Below are positions 12,405 to 26,240 of a stretch of 64,000 nt of DNA, piece by piece (position 1 is the stretch's first letter; every line of letters starts with the position of its first letter). A program made the position numbers and the translations under genes. Location of the stretch: contig JASCQW010000132.1 of the NCBI GenBank assembly GCA_030264375.1, positions 92,494,898-92,558,897 of the forward strand, read 5' to 3'. The stretch is from Carcharhinus longimanus (taxonomy: Eukaryota). The notes beneath the pieces were generated by a model that saw nothing but the letters and a program-made list of their open reading frames with translations, had not been told where the DNA came from and did no database searches.

Positions 12405-12790
12405 TTATTTTGTGACCACTGGCAATGCATCATGCCCGCTATCTTGGCAGCAGTTATGACTCTTATTCTGTGCAGTGTCCTTTATCCCAACCAGGCTGTC
12501 AAACTACAACAAGCTATCAGGCAACACAGAGGAACTTGCACGCCACAGTAAAGCATGCCAACAATGAGAATCATGCTGCCACCACAAATATCATCAATCA
12601 AACAGACTGCCTGCTCAAGATATACTTCCACTGCCTGGTCATCATGGAGGAGCTTTGCTGTAAGCCCCTGAATAGGTAATCATGTTTTTCTAGATGCCCA
12701 ACCATATTGGCAACATTAGGAGCCAAGCTTTATGATCACCTAGGCAGCAATAAGCAGAGGCATCATGAATAGGAAGAGGGAAGAAGAGTA
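12405..12790 (+). mobile_element. Harbinger transposase C-terminal fragment
   Basis: ORF 12425: ARYLGSSYDS (RYPGSxHDS motif), NENHAATTNIINQTDCLLKIYFHCL (YNxxHxxTRxxIExxxGxLKxRFRCL motif), followed by a purine-rich acidic-tail-like region. Confidence 0.7.
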
Positions 12791-14124
12791 GGAAAGGGAA
12801 GAGAAAGAGGCGGGGGAGTATTGACCACATGGGTCCATCACAGCCTCTATTTGCTTGAGTTCTCAGTGGCAAGTTCATTGCCATGTGTCGAACCTGGATC
12901 CACGCTCCCATTCACTTTTAACTAACAGCATTATCATCTTTAAAAACCACCATCCGATTGTCTTCCTTCATTCTAAACTTTTTGGTCTGGTGCTCACTCC
13001 ACAACAAGGGCAAAAGCCAATGCCAAATCTAGATTAAAATATAAATTTATCAATTTGGAATTTTTCACAATTTGACAAAGAAAAAGGAAGCCCTTAATGC
13101 TTTATGAGCAATTTTTTTGTCTTATCACAGTGTTCCAATATGATGCTGCCCTAGTGGCTACTGTTTAGTAGACAGAAACAGAAGATCTAGGCCATTAGAT
13201 TTTCGGAGGTGTGTACAAGCTCATTGTTTAGCTATTTGTAGTTTAGAGAATGCCTGAGTGCACTGAATAAACCTACTTTTATTTTTAGGAGGCAGTGGTA
13301 ATACATTAACTTCAAGCAATGTACTACTTAAATACATTTTTAGCCCTCATTTTGCAAAGATTAAAAGTTGTGTTGGCCCAGTTGTGCAGAACTTTATAAT
13401 GGATTCTCTTCTAATTTGAATTGGCGAAGACACAGGTAGCGAGAGCTTGTCTGCTGGTAGACTTGGCTTGAGAGTGTAAAATCTACCTGGGTAGCAGCTC
13501 TTAAAGGATTCCAATTTATCATTAAAGGGTAACTTGCAGTAAGCGCAGAAATGTGAGCTAATTGCACACAACTGCGCAGTGGAGACATCTGGACAAGATT
13601 GTTCCCTTTGATGTGGCAGGGTTGGAGTTTGCTTCATTGAATCAAAGGATTCATATTTAGAACTAAAATCCTTGCTCCAGTAAAAGCAAAAGTGAAAGCT
13701 ACATGGTGAGAAATCACTGACTGAGTCAAGGCAGTAATCCAGGTCCTTTGTATCTGGCTGGAAATTAAGAATAGTTTTGGGAGAGAATAACAATATGTAA
13801 TCTTCAATGATGCGCACAATTTTTGTGCGAACTATCTAGTATGGCACAGACCTTTCTGGAAGGCAATATTTCCTGCAAGACTCTTTTCCACACAGAACTG
13901 AATACCTTTCTAGTCAGTAAAATTGGTAGCTGAGGAAAAGCCACAGATTCTTAAATATCCAGCTCAAAGTGTTATTTTCTTCAGCACCTTCTCAGTGAAG
14001 CAGATCTTGTGGTCAGATTCCAAAATAATGTTAACAATGCAAATCCTTTGTGATCATACAGAAACTGGCATGGCTATGAAGAGTTCCAATGATTATGTTG
14101 GTTCTAATTTAATACATTGACCAC

Positions 14125-14430
14125 TTGGGAATTCTGCCAAGGATGAGACGAAATCCCTCTCAGGTGGATAATAGAGGTCACATGGTATTTACCTGAAGAA
14201 GAGTAGGTGATTTTTCCCCAGTTTCCTAGTCAATAATTATTCCTCAGCGACATTTTAAATAAATGATCTGCTTATTATCTGATGGCTGTTTGTGGGCCAT
14301 ACTGTGTACAAATTAAATGATATGTTTCCTACATTATAGCACTGACTAAACTTCAGGAATATTACATTGATGTAAAGTGCTTTGGCATGACCTGCAATCA
14401 TGAAAGATGCCATATAAATTCAGGTTCTTT
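14125..14430 (+). mobile_element. older DeuSINE-type copy
   Basis: cacatggtatttacctgaagaagagtagg...gctgtttgtggg...tgtttcctacattatagcactgacta...gtaaagtgctttgg...atgaaagatgccatataaat parallels the 10890-11155 copy. Confidence 0.55.
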
Positions 14431-16634
14431 TAAAAGCTTTTTGTCTTCTCCATTCACTGTCTTTTACACAGGTGAAGTGTCATTTTTTTTAATAAATTAA
14501 TTCATAGGTTGAAGGCATCGTTGGCAAGATCGTTATTTATAGTTCATCCCTATTTGTCATGGAGATAACTGACTGATCTATGGCTGTTTCTATGGCAGCT
14601 AAGAGTCAATCAGATATCTGTGGTTTGAAGTCAAATACAGACCAGGCCAGCAAGGATAGTAGATTTCCTTCCTGAAAGAACATGAGTGACAATCTCTCTT
14701 TTAATCTTTCTGCACCTGATGGTGTGCAGATTTATTTAATTAACCATTTTTTTCTGAATTACTAGACCAGTAACCACTATGTTATTGTACCCATTGACAG
14801 AGGAATGCATTGCAAACTGACTTAAATAGCAGATGTCTCATTTGATGGGCAATAAACCTAATTCTACAGTGCCCATTACAGCAACTGGAAGAACAATCCT
14901 AGCCCATGGAGTCATCTGTATGTCAAGCTGCAGAAAATGGCATTGTTCAGACACAAATAAAGTCAGGTCTTTCCAAAGTGTTCACATTCAAATTATATGC
15001 TTAATAAATAAGGGTCCTGGACTTATGGCAGGAATATAAAGACAACGCTTCTCCCTAAGTTCTCTGGTTCAGTTGTGCAAAATATTGTCATTGATATAGT
15101 CCCTAACTATTTAGGTATTATTTGTATTAATATAGAAATTTGGAAAGTATAAAACAGAAAATTGAAAGTCTGCAAAAAAGTAGCAGCAAGGACAACAAAC
15201 TAACTGCAGGAAAGAAAAGACACTCCAGTCAAAAAAGTTCTGGAGCTTGAAAAGTTACCTAAATTACAAAAAATATCATTAAGAAGAAGTACTGAACATG
15301 CTTTACCTTTTCAGCACTCTCTTTGCGCAGTTTGGGGAATAATTCTGTTCGTGGAGCTTCACCTAAACTCATATAATTTAATGTAAGATCCAAATTAAAT
15401 ATTTTAGACACTGAAGTGAGATCCATACACTTCACTGGTGTGCCTCTTCCTAGCTCCCTATAGTCACCCATCAGAAGATCAGACACAGTGAGAATCTCAT
15501 CGAAAACTGTGTGCCTGATTTTTCCCAGTCATACTTCTTGCATTGTGTTGAGACTGGCAAAATTGGGGTTGTAATGTGTTCTATGATTTTCCTCATCAGC
15601 ATACCTTCCATATCTATATATGTATGAGGACAGATTTCTGAGTGTGTGTCTGGACCCAGTAGGAGAGTGTGCTGTGAGATTTACATCTGCCTGGATGTTG
15701 AGGACTGACCACCAAAATTTAGGGGCTAGCTGAATTTTAAGAAGTTTAAGCCTGCTGCTGTGAACTCAATGGAAGGTTAGCAGCCATTAGAGGGGCTGCT
15801 GAAAAAAGATGATGGGGAAATTAAAGAGATGAAACAACATAAAAATAGCAGATTCATTATGGGAGCAAAACTTGCATAAACTTATAAAAAGCATGCAATA
15901 ATTTTCAATACACACTTGCACTTTTCCAAATATCATTTGAGGAATAAACATGTCTGACAGTATCCCAATAACTACACAAGTAAAATAACATCAGGAAACC
16001 TAGTTGTTAACTTATTGATGGAGCAACGTGTTATCTTAACATCTGATGTTTGTCATTCCAGGGCAGTTTGTCCAAAATACAATACTGCAACACAGGCAGA
16101 CAGCGGCAACCAGGTTCAAAACTCCATTAAATGTCAACAGTTTGTGGGAACAAATTGCACAACATAAGGAAGCTGCCAAGGTATACCAACTTAAATTTAC
16201 CAACTATATGGCCCATGTGTTTCCGTGGGGAGTTTAGGATAAATTCTTGACCTAAAGAGGAAGAATGAAGGAAGAAATCATTGAGGCAAATACTATAGTG
16301 CATTTAGAGGGAAGTCTAGATAAACACATAATGGAGTAAAGAATAAAGTAGTAAAGCAATGGTTAGATGAAGAAGGGTGGAAAGCCATGCGGAGCATGAT
16401 TATTGACTTGGACCAGTGGGATGAATAGTCTATTTTTGTAGTGTTGACCCAATATAGCCAATCAATGCTACAAATCATTGCAGGCAACCTAGTTCAAATT
16501 GTATGCCTGGCTCATCTCAAAGCTTCAAATAATCCTACTGACCATAATTAGCTTAGTGTGGCCTTCACTGGGTTTCATATATAAAAGTATTAGATCACAA
16601 GCTAACTGAACGATGCATTGTAATTTAATATTAA

Positions 16635-17298
16635 AAACAGAGAGTTGGAATAAATGGGTGCAGTTAGCAGTTGGTGACTAGTGGCGTGCCGCAGGGATCA
16701 GTGCTGGGGCCTCAACTGTTTACCATATACATTGATGATCTGGAGGAGGGGACCGAGTGTAGGGTAACAAAGTTTGCAGATGACACAAAGATGAGTGGGA
16801 AAGCAAATTGCGTGGAGGACACAAAGTCTACAGAGAGATTTGGATAGACTAAGTGAGTGGGCAAGGATCTGACTGGTGGAATATAACATTGGTAAGTGTG
16901 AGGTTATTGACTTTGGAAGGAATAATAGTAAAATGGACTATTATTTAAACGGTGAAAAATTACAACATGCTACTGCGCAGAGGGACCTGGGGGTCCTTCT
17001 GCATGAATCACAAAAACTCAGTTTGCAGGTGCAGCAGGTGATCAAGAAGGCAGATGGAATGTTGGCCTTTCTCGCGAGGGGGATGGAGTATAAAAGCAGG
17101 CAGATCATGCTGCAATTGTAACAGGGTACTGGTGAGGCCGCACCTAGGGTACTGTGTGCAGTTTTGGTCCCCTTATTTAAGAAAGGATATATTAGCTTTG
17201 GAGGGGGTACAGAGAAGATTCACCAGGTTGATTCTGGAGATGAGGGGGTTAGCTTATGAGGCGAGATTGAGTAGACTGGGCCTGTACTCATTGGAGTG
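16635..17298 (+). mobile_element. CR1 LINE RT fragment, relatively young
   Basis: [91 protein letters not shown]. Confidence 0.9.
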
Positions 17299-17789
17299 TA
17301 AAAGCATTGTAATTTTAAAATCTCTGATTCTTTCGACCAGTTTGCTTACTCCAATGTTTTAGCCTGGTGCCCTTATTTGCAAGATGGACAAAGGACAAAC
17401 ACAAGTAAAGGTTCAACAAGCTCATTAACAATAACACTGTTAACCCTTAAATTACCCACATAAAACAACAGGATACCCCAAAATCAAATATACTACCCAC
17501 AAAACTGCAGGCTCGATTCTCTGAGACCCTCTGGTCCGTCGTCACGAAGGTGTCTCAACGGCAGTTTCTTCCTTCCTTCTTCTCTGGTCAGCCTTCTGAA
17601 TGGTCAAGGGTCGCCTCCGTCATCAAGTCTTCTCCGGTCTTTCCTGCTGATGTCTGAAAGTGTGTGCCTTTATCCCCTGCCGGCTTGNNNNNNNNNNNNN
17701 NNNNNNNNNNNNNNNNNNNNNNNNNNNNNNNNNNNNNNNNNNNNNNNNNNNNNNNNNNNNNNNNNNNNNNNNNNNNNNNNNNNNNNNTA

Positions 17790-18672
17790 ACTATTCCTTT
17801 TTCCCAGGGTGGAAGAGTCAATTACTTGGGGGCATAGGTTTCAGGCGCAAGGGGCAAGATTTAAAGGAGGTGTACAAGGCAGATTTTTTACACAGAGATG
17901 AGTGGGTGCCTGGAACTCGTTACCGGGGGAGGTAGTGGAATCGGATATGGTAGTGACTTTTAAGGGGCGTCTTGTCAAGTACATAAATAGGATGGGAATA
18001 GAGAGATATGGTGCCCTGAAGGGTAGGGAGTTTTAGTTAAGTCGGGCAGCATGGTCGGCACAGGTTTGGAGGGCCGAAGGGCCTGTTCCTGTGCTGTAAT
18101 TTTCTTTGTTCTATTATCCCCTTGGCAGTCAAAATCATCATCATCACTGAATCCCCCATTATTGATGTCACAGGAAGATACCATTGACCAGGAATTGAAC
18201 TGGGCTAGGCATATAAATACTATGGCTAAAAGAGAAGGTCAGAGATTAGGAATCATGCTACAAGTAACTCACCTCCTGGCCTCCCAAACCCTGTCTACAA
18301 TCTACAAGCACACGCCTGAAATGTGATGGAAAATTCACCACTTGCCAGAATGAGGGCAAGTTCAACACCACTCAGGAAGCTCAACTCCATCCAGGACAAC
18401 TCTATACAGAGTTGAGGAGGAACTTCTTCTCTCAGAGGGTAGTGCATCTTTAGAATTCTCTCCCCATTGAAGCAGTGGAGTTTACCTTGTGAAATGTGGT
18501 TAAGTCACAGGTTGATAGATTTCTGATCAATAAGGGAATTAAGGGTTATGGGGAGCAGGCGGGTAAGTGGAGCTGAACCACTATCAGATCAGCCATGATC
18601 TTATTGAATGGCAGGGCAGTGTTGAGGGGCTAGATGGCCTACTCCTGCTCCTATTTCTTATGTTCTTATTAT
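17790..18672 (+). mobile_element. stacked LINE 3' ends (CR1 tails and a second LINE fragment)
   Basis: CR1 tails end gggccgaagggcctgttcctgtgctgta (about 18095) and gatggcctactcctgctcctatttcttatgttctta (about 18665). Between them is TIDQELNWARHINTMAKREGQRLGI..LSTIYK. Confidence 0.75.
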
Positions 18673-19830
18673 GTTTGATTCCTATTCACAGGAAGCTGCC
18701 AAGGTACACCAACCAAGGTACCTTGCAGGTACTACATTTTCTAATTCTGTATTTTGCATTTTATTTCTATTTTGCTCTTGATTTTAAGCCTATGGTGAAT
18801 ATTTAAAGTCATTTTGTATTAAAACTTACTTGGTTGACAATGATCTTAATCCAGCTATGATTGTGCTTTATTAATTAATCAATAATAATCAGTAGTGACA
18901 TGTTTTCCCACTTTTTTTTCATACTGGCCATGCATAGTTGATATTTGGACTGCATCTGTGTTTTCCATTTTCCAAGCCAGAATACAAAAATATGCCGTCT
19001 TTTGTTTATCAGAAGTAATTTTAACTGCATTTAGTGACTCTTTGACTTTAGGCCAGGACAATGGGTAACCTTATATGCAGTGGTCATCTGAAGTATCGGA
19101 AGCTGAAGTTTGATTGGTGGACATAACATCTGATTGATGGCAAATGTGATGATACTGTGCCTTTAAGAAATGGATTTGAGTCATGTATCTTGTGCAGGTT
19201 TTTTTATTGCCTTTTCTAACCTGCACTGCTGGGTCTATATGTGGCAAATTCTATTGTTACTGCAGCAGTATAATTGCTAGAATGTTTATTTTAATTTGTT
19301 TTAATGTTCTTATGTTACTTTTAGTGTTCCACTGGGATTTTGCAGAGTAGGGCTTGATTGAGTTGAGTAAAAGTTATGTTAATTCTTTTGGCTATGTTCT
19401 GTGTTCTTAACTAAAGTTTCTTTTTATAAGAGCTTCCCCTGGAGCGAGACACCTTATGCTCACTCTCAGGCCAAAATCAAAAGAAAAAATCAGAGTCTAG
19501 ACTAGCTTCATAAAATACCTTGGAGTTTCTGATCTTGTCCCTACACAGGTGAGTAGACACCATCATTGAGAGATATGTAAACAACTTGGATGTTGTGAAA
19601 TTTGCATAGCCATGCAGTGCCTGTGAGAAGGTTTGATAAGAATTGAGATGTGTTTTGGAAATGACTACACCCCAAGCCTCAGGACTGGAATGGAACCAAA
19701 AATTTGGCTTAAGAGGAGTATTGCTTCGAGGACTCACTGCTGCAGCCATAATGGACTAGTCACCACTGAAGATGGGACAAAGGGTCAGGAATGGAGTCAC
19801 TGACTATTGTGTTCACTTCTTCAGCACAGT

Positions 19831-21152
19831 GCAGGAATTTGTAGGTACATGGCCTGTTCTTTTACATCTATTAAAATGAATGAATTTTAAAAAAAAATAG
19901 GCTCTGTGCACAAAACATTCCACCTTGTTCTCCTTGTGGATGTTGATCCCTGCTAGGAATATGCAAACATGGATTGGCTCTTAAATCCCTTTGTTCATTT
20001 AGCAAGTAACTTGGTAATGTGTGTACCAAGGAGATGGTAATATATATACCAATTTGGGGAGTTGTTGTGGGATAGATTTATTTAGGATTATTGTTTGTAC
20101 TTTAGGAAAATCTGTCTTTTTTTTCTTTTTACTTATTTTTCATTTTTGTTATCAATTATAGTTGTCATACCATTATTATTGTTATAATCATTATTCAATA
20201 TTCAATAAACTTGATTAAACACAATACTTGTCATACTTGTTCCGTTCAGAGTACAGCTCTGAACGTAAGTGAGTCTGGGACAGGCACACACAATTCCTTA
20301 CATGCCATAAATTGATTTAGTCCCACTTATGGTTCAAAGTGAACGTTTAATTTGGGAATATATCTCGCTCGCCCTTATCCTTGACCATATTGGCCATTCT
20401 CGAGAGGCAACACTCTTACTTAAATTTTTTAAATGAAATATAGCCATGCTCATTTAAAAAAGATTGATTGAATCCAGTTCTGAAGAGCTATATATTCATG
20501 AAGATGTAAAATATTCATAATATGATGAAACAGAGAGGCAAATGATAATCTGAGCTTTCCTCACCTGAAGCAAGGCAAGTCTCACATTCTGAAGCTGAAT
20601 AAGCAACTTTTTTCCCTCGTGACATCCAAGGAAGATCCTGACCAGAAAAAGCACAACATGTAAGTGGCAGCAGTTGCAACAATAACAAAAACAGCATTTG
20701 GTACAGAAAGGATATCAGGAGAGACGACAGTGCGCGTACAAAATGTGCCTGATTTATAGAACGTACAAAAAACTGAGCCAACTATTCGAATCAGATCCCA
20801 ATTGCTCTTCACAGCTTTCTTCCATTTAAATGTGATAACTTTCGTTGTGAGGTCAAGCATTCTTTGAACCTTTAAATTGTTCTCTTTGCACCTGCAAGCT
20901 AATTTTTAATGACTGTTGTACCTGTACCCTAAAGGGCTGATTCCGCAATCCCAGCAGGAAGCAGCAGTCACAGGAAGCAGAATGCAGGAAATTGTAGGTG
21001 CACACCCTGTGATTTTTCATCTATTAAAATGAATGAATGGAAAACCACAGGCTCTGTATGCAAAATTTCCCGCATTGCACTCCCTGTGGATGCTGTTCCC
21101 GAGTGTGCAAACATGGGTTAGCTCTTAAGTGCTTTTGTTCATTTACCAAGTA
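19831..21152 (+). repeat. diverged direct-repeat pair of about 175 bp (19831-20008 and 20983-21152)
   Basis: Both copies read tgcagga.ttgtaggt...catctattaaaatgaatgaat...aggctctgt...gtggatg...tgcaaacatgg.tt.gctcttaa...tttgttcattta.caagta. Confidence 0.8.
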
Positions 21153-22137
21153 TCAAATCAGCTGTTNNNNNNNNNNNNNNCCTCCTATGAGTCAGAAGGT
21201 TCTGGGTCCAATATCCGCTGTGCATTTGAGAAAAATAATCACTTCAGTACATTCAGAGTACGTTTCCCATTGTCACATGCATCATCTTTGGAAAATACAT
21301 TAAACCAAGGTCTGCTGAAGTGGACATTAAATATCCCATGACACTATCTGAAGGACGCACTCTTGGAGTCCGATCCTACAACTCCATCATCACCCCTCTC
21401 TCCCTTCAACCAAACCAAACCTTCAACCAAACCAAATTTACTAAAATCTGTAACATGTGTTACTTATATATCCATAATGACTAGTCACCTATTTCTCCTA
21501 ATTTGCTTTGCTGTCCCCCCTATCTTCTGGGAGGTGTTTTGCACTAACTAACCTTTGTCACTTATGTATAGTAGGTTGTCAGAGAGCCTTAAACTCCATA
21601 GTTTACTTCTCAGTTTACCAAGGCGTTTACTACTCCTTTGTTTGATTCTGCTTATTTTTGTATGATTGGACGAGTTTAAGATTTCTAAAGTTCTTCTTGT
21701 GTCCGGTCCAAATTGGCTGTATTGAAACTATCCGAGCCTAATGCTTTCCAACTGGTATTATGCATTTGATTTGCTGGATATTAGCTATTTGATCTTTTGA
21801 TAGTCTACCAATGTATAAGATTGACTGAGTCACAGATATCTAATTCTTCGTTTCTGGTGAATGAGTATCAATTCTATTATCACTTAATATTTTATCGTTA
21901 CGTACTTTGTGATATAAGATGCCAATTAACTCTACAGTCCGGAATAACTGAGTGCTAGTTTTTCAAAATCTGCCACTTTGTATGGATGCGGCAGTGAGGT
22001 AAACAGAAACTCAGTAGACTTCAGTGGTTAGGTGACGATCTGACAACTGAGTGTACTAAACTCTGTGAAGCTGCAGTTTAAAGGTGTCCAGACAATTAAT
22101 GGACTAGAGAAAGAAAACTCTCCTGACCAAAGATGGA

Positions 22138-22282
22138 ATGGCCATGCTAAATTGCCCCTTAGTGTCAGGGAGTCTAGGTAGAGTGAAAGCTTGGGGTTAT
22201 GAGGTCGAACCTGGGTGGGATTGTGGTCAGTGCAGACTTGATGGGCCGAATGGCCTCCTTCTGCACTGTAGGATTCTATGAC
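22138..22282 (+). mobile_element. HE1-type SINE 3' half
   Basis: ggccatgctaaattgcccctt...gggattgtggtcagtgcagacttgatgggccgaatggcctccttctgcactgtaggattctatga matches 6899-7037. Confidence 0.8.
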
Positions 22283-22439
22283 ATCAATGTAATTCACGGC
22301 GTTGCGCAGAATGATTCAAGGCATCGCACTGCCACAGATATCAGTCAGAGTTTACATGTATTTATCTTAAAAATACTGTTGTTTCAAATTTAAAATGTAT
22401 CTGTCAAATGGCCTCCTGATGTATTCCAACGTTCTTCCG

Positions 22440-22945
22440 ACCAGGCTCCCATCTTCCCAACCCGAGAAACGTTGAGCTCATCCTAAATTCTGCTGCCCGT
22501 ACCTTACAGCGGCCGTTCGTTCATTATCCCACTACTTGCTGCTCTACATTGGTCCAGCACTGATTCTAATTTTAAAATTCCCATCTTTTTATTCAGATCC
22601 ATCCATAGCCTCACCTGTCCTAATCTCTGTACCCTCCTCCAGCCTTACACGATTTGAGTACTCTGCGTTCCTCCAGTTCGGACTTTCTGTGCGTCCCCGA
22701 CTTTCTTTGCTTCACTGTTGACGGCTGTACCTCCAGCTGTCTACAGCCCAAGTTCTGAAATTTCTCTCTACATTTCCACTTCTCCATCTTCTTTAAGACA
22801 CTGTGGAACTACCTTTTCCACCAAGACTTCGATAAATACATATCTTTCTTTGCCTCTGCGCTAGTGTTGATCTGATAGCTCTCCTCTGAAACTGCTTAGG
22901 ACCTTTCCCTAGGTTAGAAGTGTTTCATGAAAGCAAGTTGTTACA
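22440..22945 (+). mobile_element. old L2 LINE 3' end, the last clear repeat before the Hox domain
   Basis: Resembles an L2 ORF2 C-terminus and tail (L.LI.NSAAR.L, LHW...I.FKI, cttctttaagacactgtggaactaccttttc, ...aaagcaagttgtt). Confidence 0.55.
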
Positions 22946-25900
22946 ATATCCATGTTTGAGATTGGCTGAATACCCCTTATCTGGCCCACTTACAATAGCT
23001 GCTTCTGAGATTGGCTGAAGAGCAGCTTCCCCGTCCCCTGATACTCTTTCAGTATCTGCAGATGAGATTGCCTGGCTATTCTCTCCCTCCCTCTGGGTCG
23101 ATACTAATTGTACACGCTTAATTAGTTCCCTGTTGTAACAGCTGTCGACAGATAAACAGTGAAATGGGGGCGATTAAAACACGTTTGGTGTCTTTTGAGA
23201 TTCCATCCGAACGAAATGATCTTTGTAATTGAAAGAACTGTGTATATCCATTGCCAAAAACCATTTCCCAACAGTTGAAAAAAATGACAATATATTGCTA
23301 ATTATATTATTCATGGCTATTTATACATCACTTTGTACGCTGTGCACCAAAGCAAAGGCACATAGCGCGTGAACACGGGAATTATAAGACATAAATGTAA
23401 CCATAACAAATGCTACAATTATAATAACCCGCCTATCGAATTACACTGGATTGTGGAGCATTGAAAGTCCCTTGAAATAATCCGGGTGAGAGACTTAAAA
23501 AGTAATGTTTATGCAATTGTTCGTAGAGTTTCAAGGTTAACTAAAACTACTGATCATGCTACGTAGAAATAAGAACGAGAGGCGAGCCATGCGTTAGGTT
23601 TTGTTTGTCGGTATCGTTTTCAGGAAAACTACCAAGGCTCTTTCCACTTCTCTGCTCCAGGCTTCCTCGCTGCCCCGGTATCACTCGCTGTCTTCGTGCT
23701 CCCCCTACCGTTGATCCGCATTACTAAACAATAATCAGAATAAGACCCAATTGGCAAAACCTACGTGTCCCGTGTTACATATGTTCCTTGTGCCAATTGA
23801 ATTGCTCTTATCAGAGCTTACAGTATTCCCTTCGTCATTAAAAAATTATATGTATATATAAAGCTACTGTGATTATGATTGAAATGAGCAATTTAAGCTT
23901 GCCGACTGTTTAATTGTTACCTTAATGTTGCTAAAGCGCGCCACTCCTGTTAAAACTGCAAGAGCAATGAGAATCTAAATGATATTGAAACAAACTCATT
24001 TTTTTTCCAAATTGAAACATCATTAAAATAATTCAGGTAACATTATTAAGCAAACGAAGACTACAGCATAGTCTTCAGGTGGCTCCTTTGGGTACCAAGT
24101 GGAACTGCGTATAGGCTATTTAAATTAACTTCTAAGAAAATCCATTCGAATTTAGCAAGCTGCGAGCAGTGGAAAGGTGGGTTTTGAGTCGACCATTTTG
24201 AGCCGCGGTGCAGTTCCAGAGGTGGTCGAGGCAAAAACACGAGCTTCTTCTCGAAAACAAAATGATTATAATTGCCGGACACGCGGGTGAATTGTTTAAG
24301 AGCAAAAAGTTCTCTACAGTTAAGAGACAGGCCAGATTTTTTAAAACTAGTTTTCGTCTCCGTTTAAACTAATTAAGACACACAGATTTAACCAAATTCG
24401 CTGCCTCACAAACTCCACATGCTAGAGCTGCATTGTAAAAGTTAAACGTTTAAGGATAACCCATAACTTAGCCATCAGAAAAGGCTAGACTTGTTACTGG
24501 GGGGTCTTGTGCTTCATACAATAGCATTTCACAAAGACATTAAGTTTATAACGTAGGGGAGATTTCTAACCAGTGGAGTATATTTTTCTGCTTGATACAT
24601 GTGTCATTTATTTTCGCGGGACACAAAGAGAAATCTGAAGGACAATGCCACTTATTGCTATGGAATATGTAGAATGTAACAGTAACTTACCTACAATGAT
24701 CAAATACAGAGCTGAAATGGTCCTCTTTCATTTACGCTATATGCTGACATTAATCTCAACAGTGATTCATAGCTTTTATTGCATTTTTATAGTCTGTAAT
24801 GGTAACACAGTCACTCAAGAGATTTTTGACTTCCTGGGGTGCATGGCAATGTGGAAGTAAGCACACGTTTGAACTACAAATTCCATTCGTTTAAAGATTT
24901 TACGAGCGTAACATGAAATGATGGGATTAGTAAATTCTCGGAAATGCGGACGCTATATTCAGGCCATTAAAATAAATATTTTGAAATAATCATTCCATAA
25001 CCAGCGCATGTATTGTTGCAATTAATTTGTGAGGGGGGGGGGGGCAAACACTGGCGAACTGGGTTTGGAGTAGCGAAAGCGCCCAAATATTGATAGGTTC
25101 TCAACTCCACTGTTCGCTGTAAGAAATTTCATCGATGATGAAAGGATCAATAATCTCAGCATCTTGTTCTTTGCTCTTGATTGCTCATAACACTCTTAGT
25201 GGCAATAAAACACCTTCCTGAGATAGCCGAATGCTTTACAGCCGATTAACTGCGAGTCTATTTGCCCTTGCTCCCACGTTTTAACCAATTTGTTTCGAAT
25301 TTCTAATCAAGGCATTCCCCACAGTCTATCAAAAACGCGACGAAATGGGCATTTAGTAAAACGGTGGGCCAGAAACAAACAGGAGCGAATTCCAAAACCT
25401 TCCTAGCTAATGCTGATCCGTGTTACACTTCACTGTGAATTGTTCTCCCACTTCTCCCCTTCATATACATCACTGTACAGGGCAATACAGTTTAACTTGT
25501 ACACAATGGATCAATCGGATCCAGAAAAATTGTGGACGCGAAATAAAATGAGTGAATCAGCTTCAATGTGTTATATAAATTTCCACAAAAGAAGTTTTCA
25601 CTTTGTGTCAACATCGCCAGAAACTTGAAATACGAAATCATAAGTTATTTCTACAAAAAAACACATTGAATTCTGTTTATTGGTTAAGCGAATTATTGAT
25701 TAACTTGGTGCTGCTTGCTTAGGAGTTCGGCAATAATTTATCTTTACTAAAACTAATGAAAACGAAGCCTAAATTAAATCATGCTGCAGTCACATTAATC
25801 GGGCGGCGATTGCACTTTCTGGCTATAATTACACGGAAATAAATCTGAAAGCGATGTTACTAATTTTTTTCTGTCGCAAGTGGCGCGAGGACCACGATAA

Positions 25901-26240
25901 AAGCTTGTTACTTAAAGGCTGGAGATGTGTTTGAGTAGATGGCCACTAAGCAACGGAACACTGTTAATAAAAAGTACAGGGAAGGGAGAGAATAACTGCG
26001 TTAGCAAGTTTAAACTAGACCGGGGCACCAAGGACACTGCATTTGTTCAGCACTAAGCATTTTATTACTTGGAGACTAAATATTTGTTCAAAAGTCTAAT
26101 GTAGGTCTTTGAAGAAATTCTAGGTGTATTACCCATTGTAGCGACCAATAAACCTCAAACCTCCCATGTCTGTGTTAAATTAGCTGGAGCAGATCCATTT
26201 GTCCAGCCATATTTCATACACTCAGCTCCAACACAGGCGG

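Noticed and set aside
13347-13817. 156-aa minus-strand ORF in the repeat-rich region
   Set aside because: Non-ATG start, no recognisable domain and no evident splice structure.
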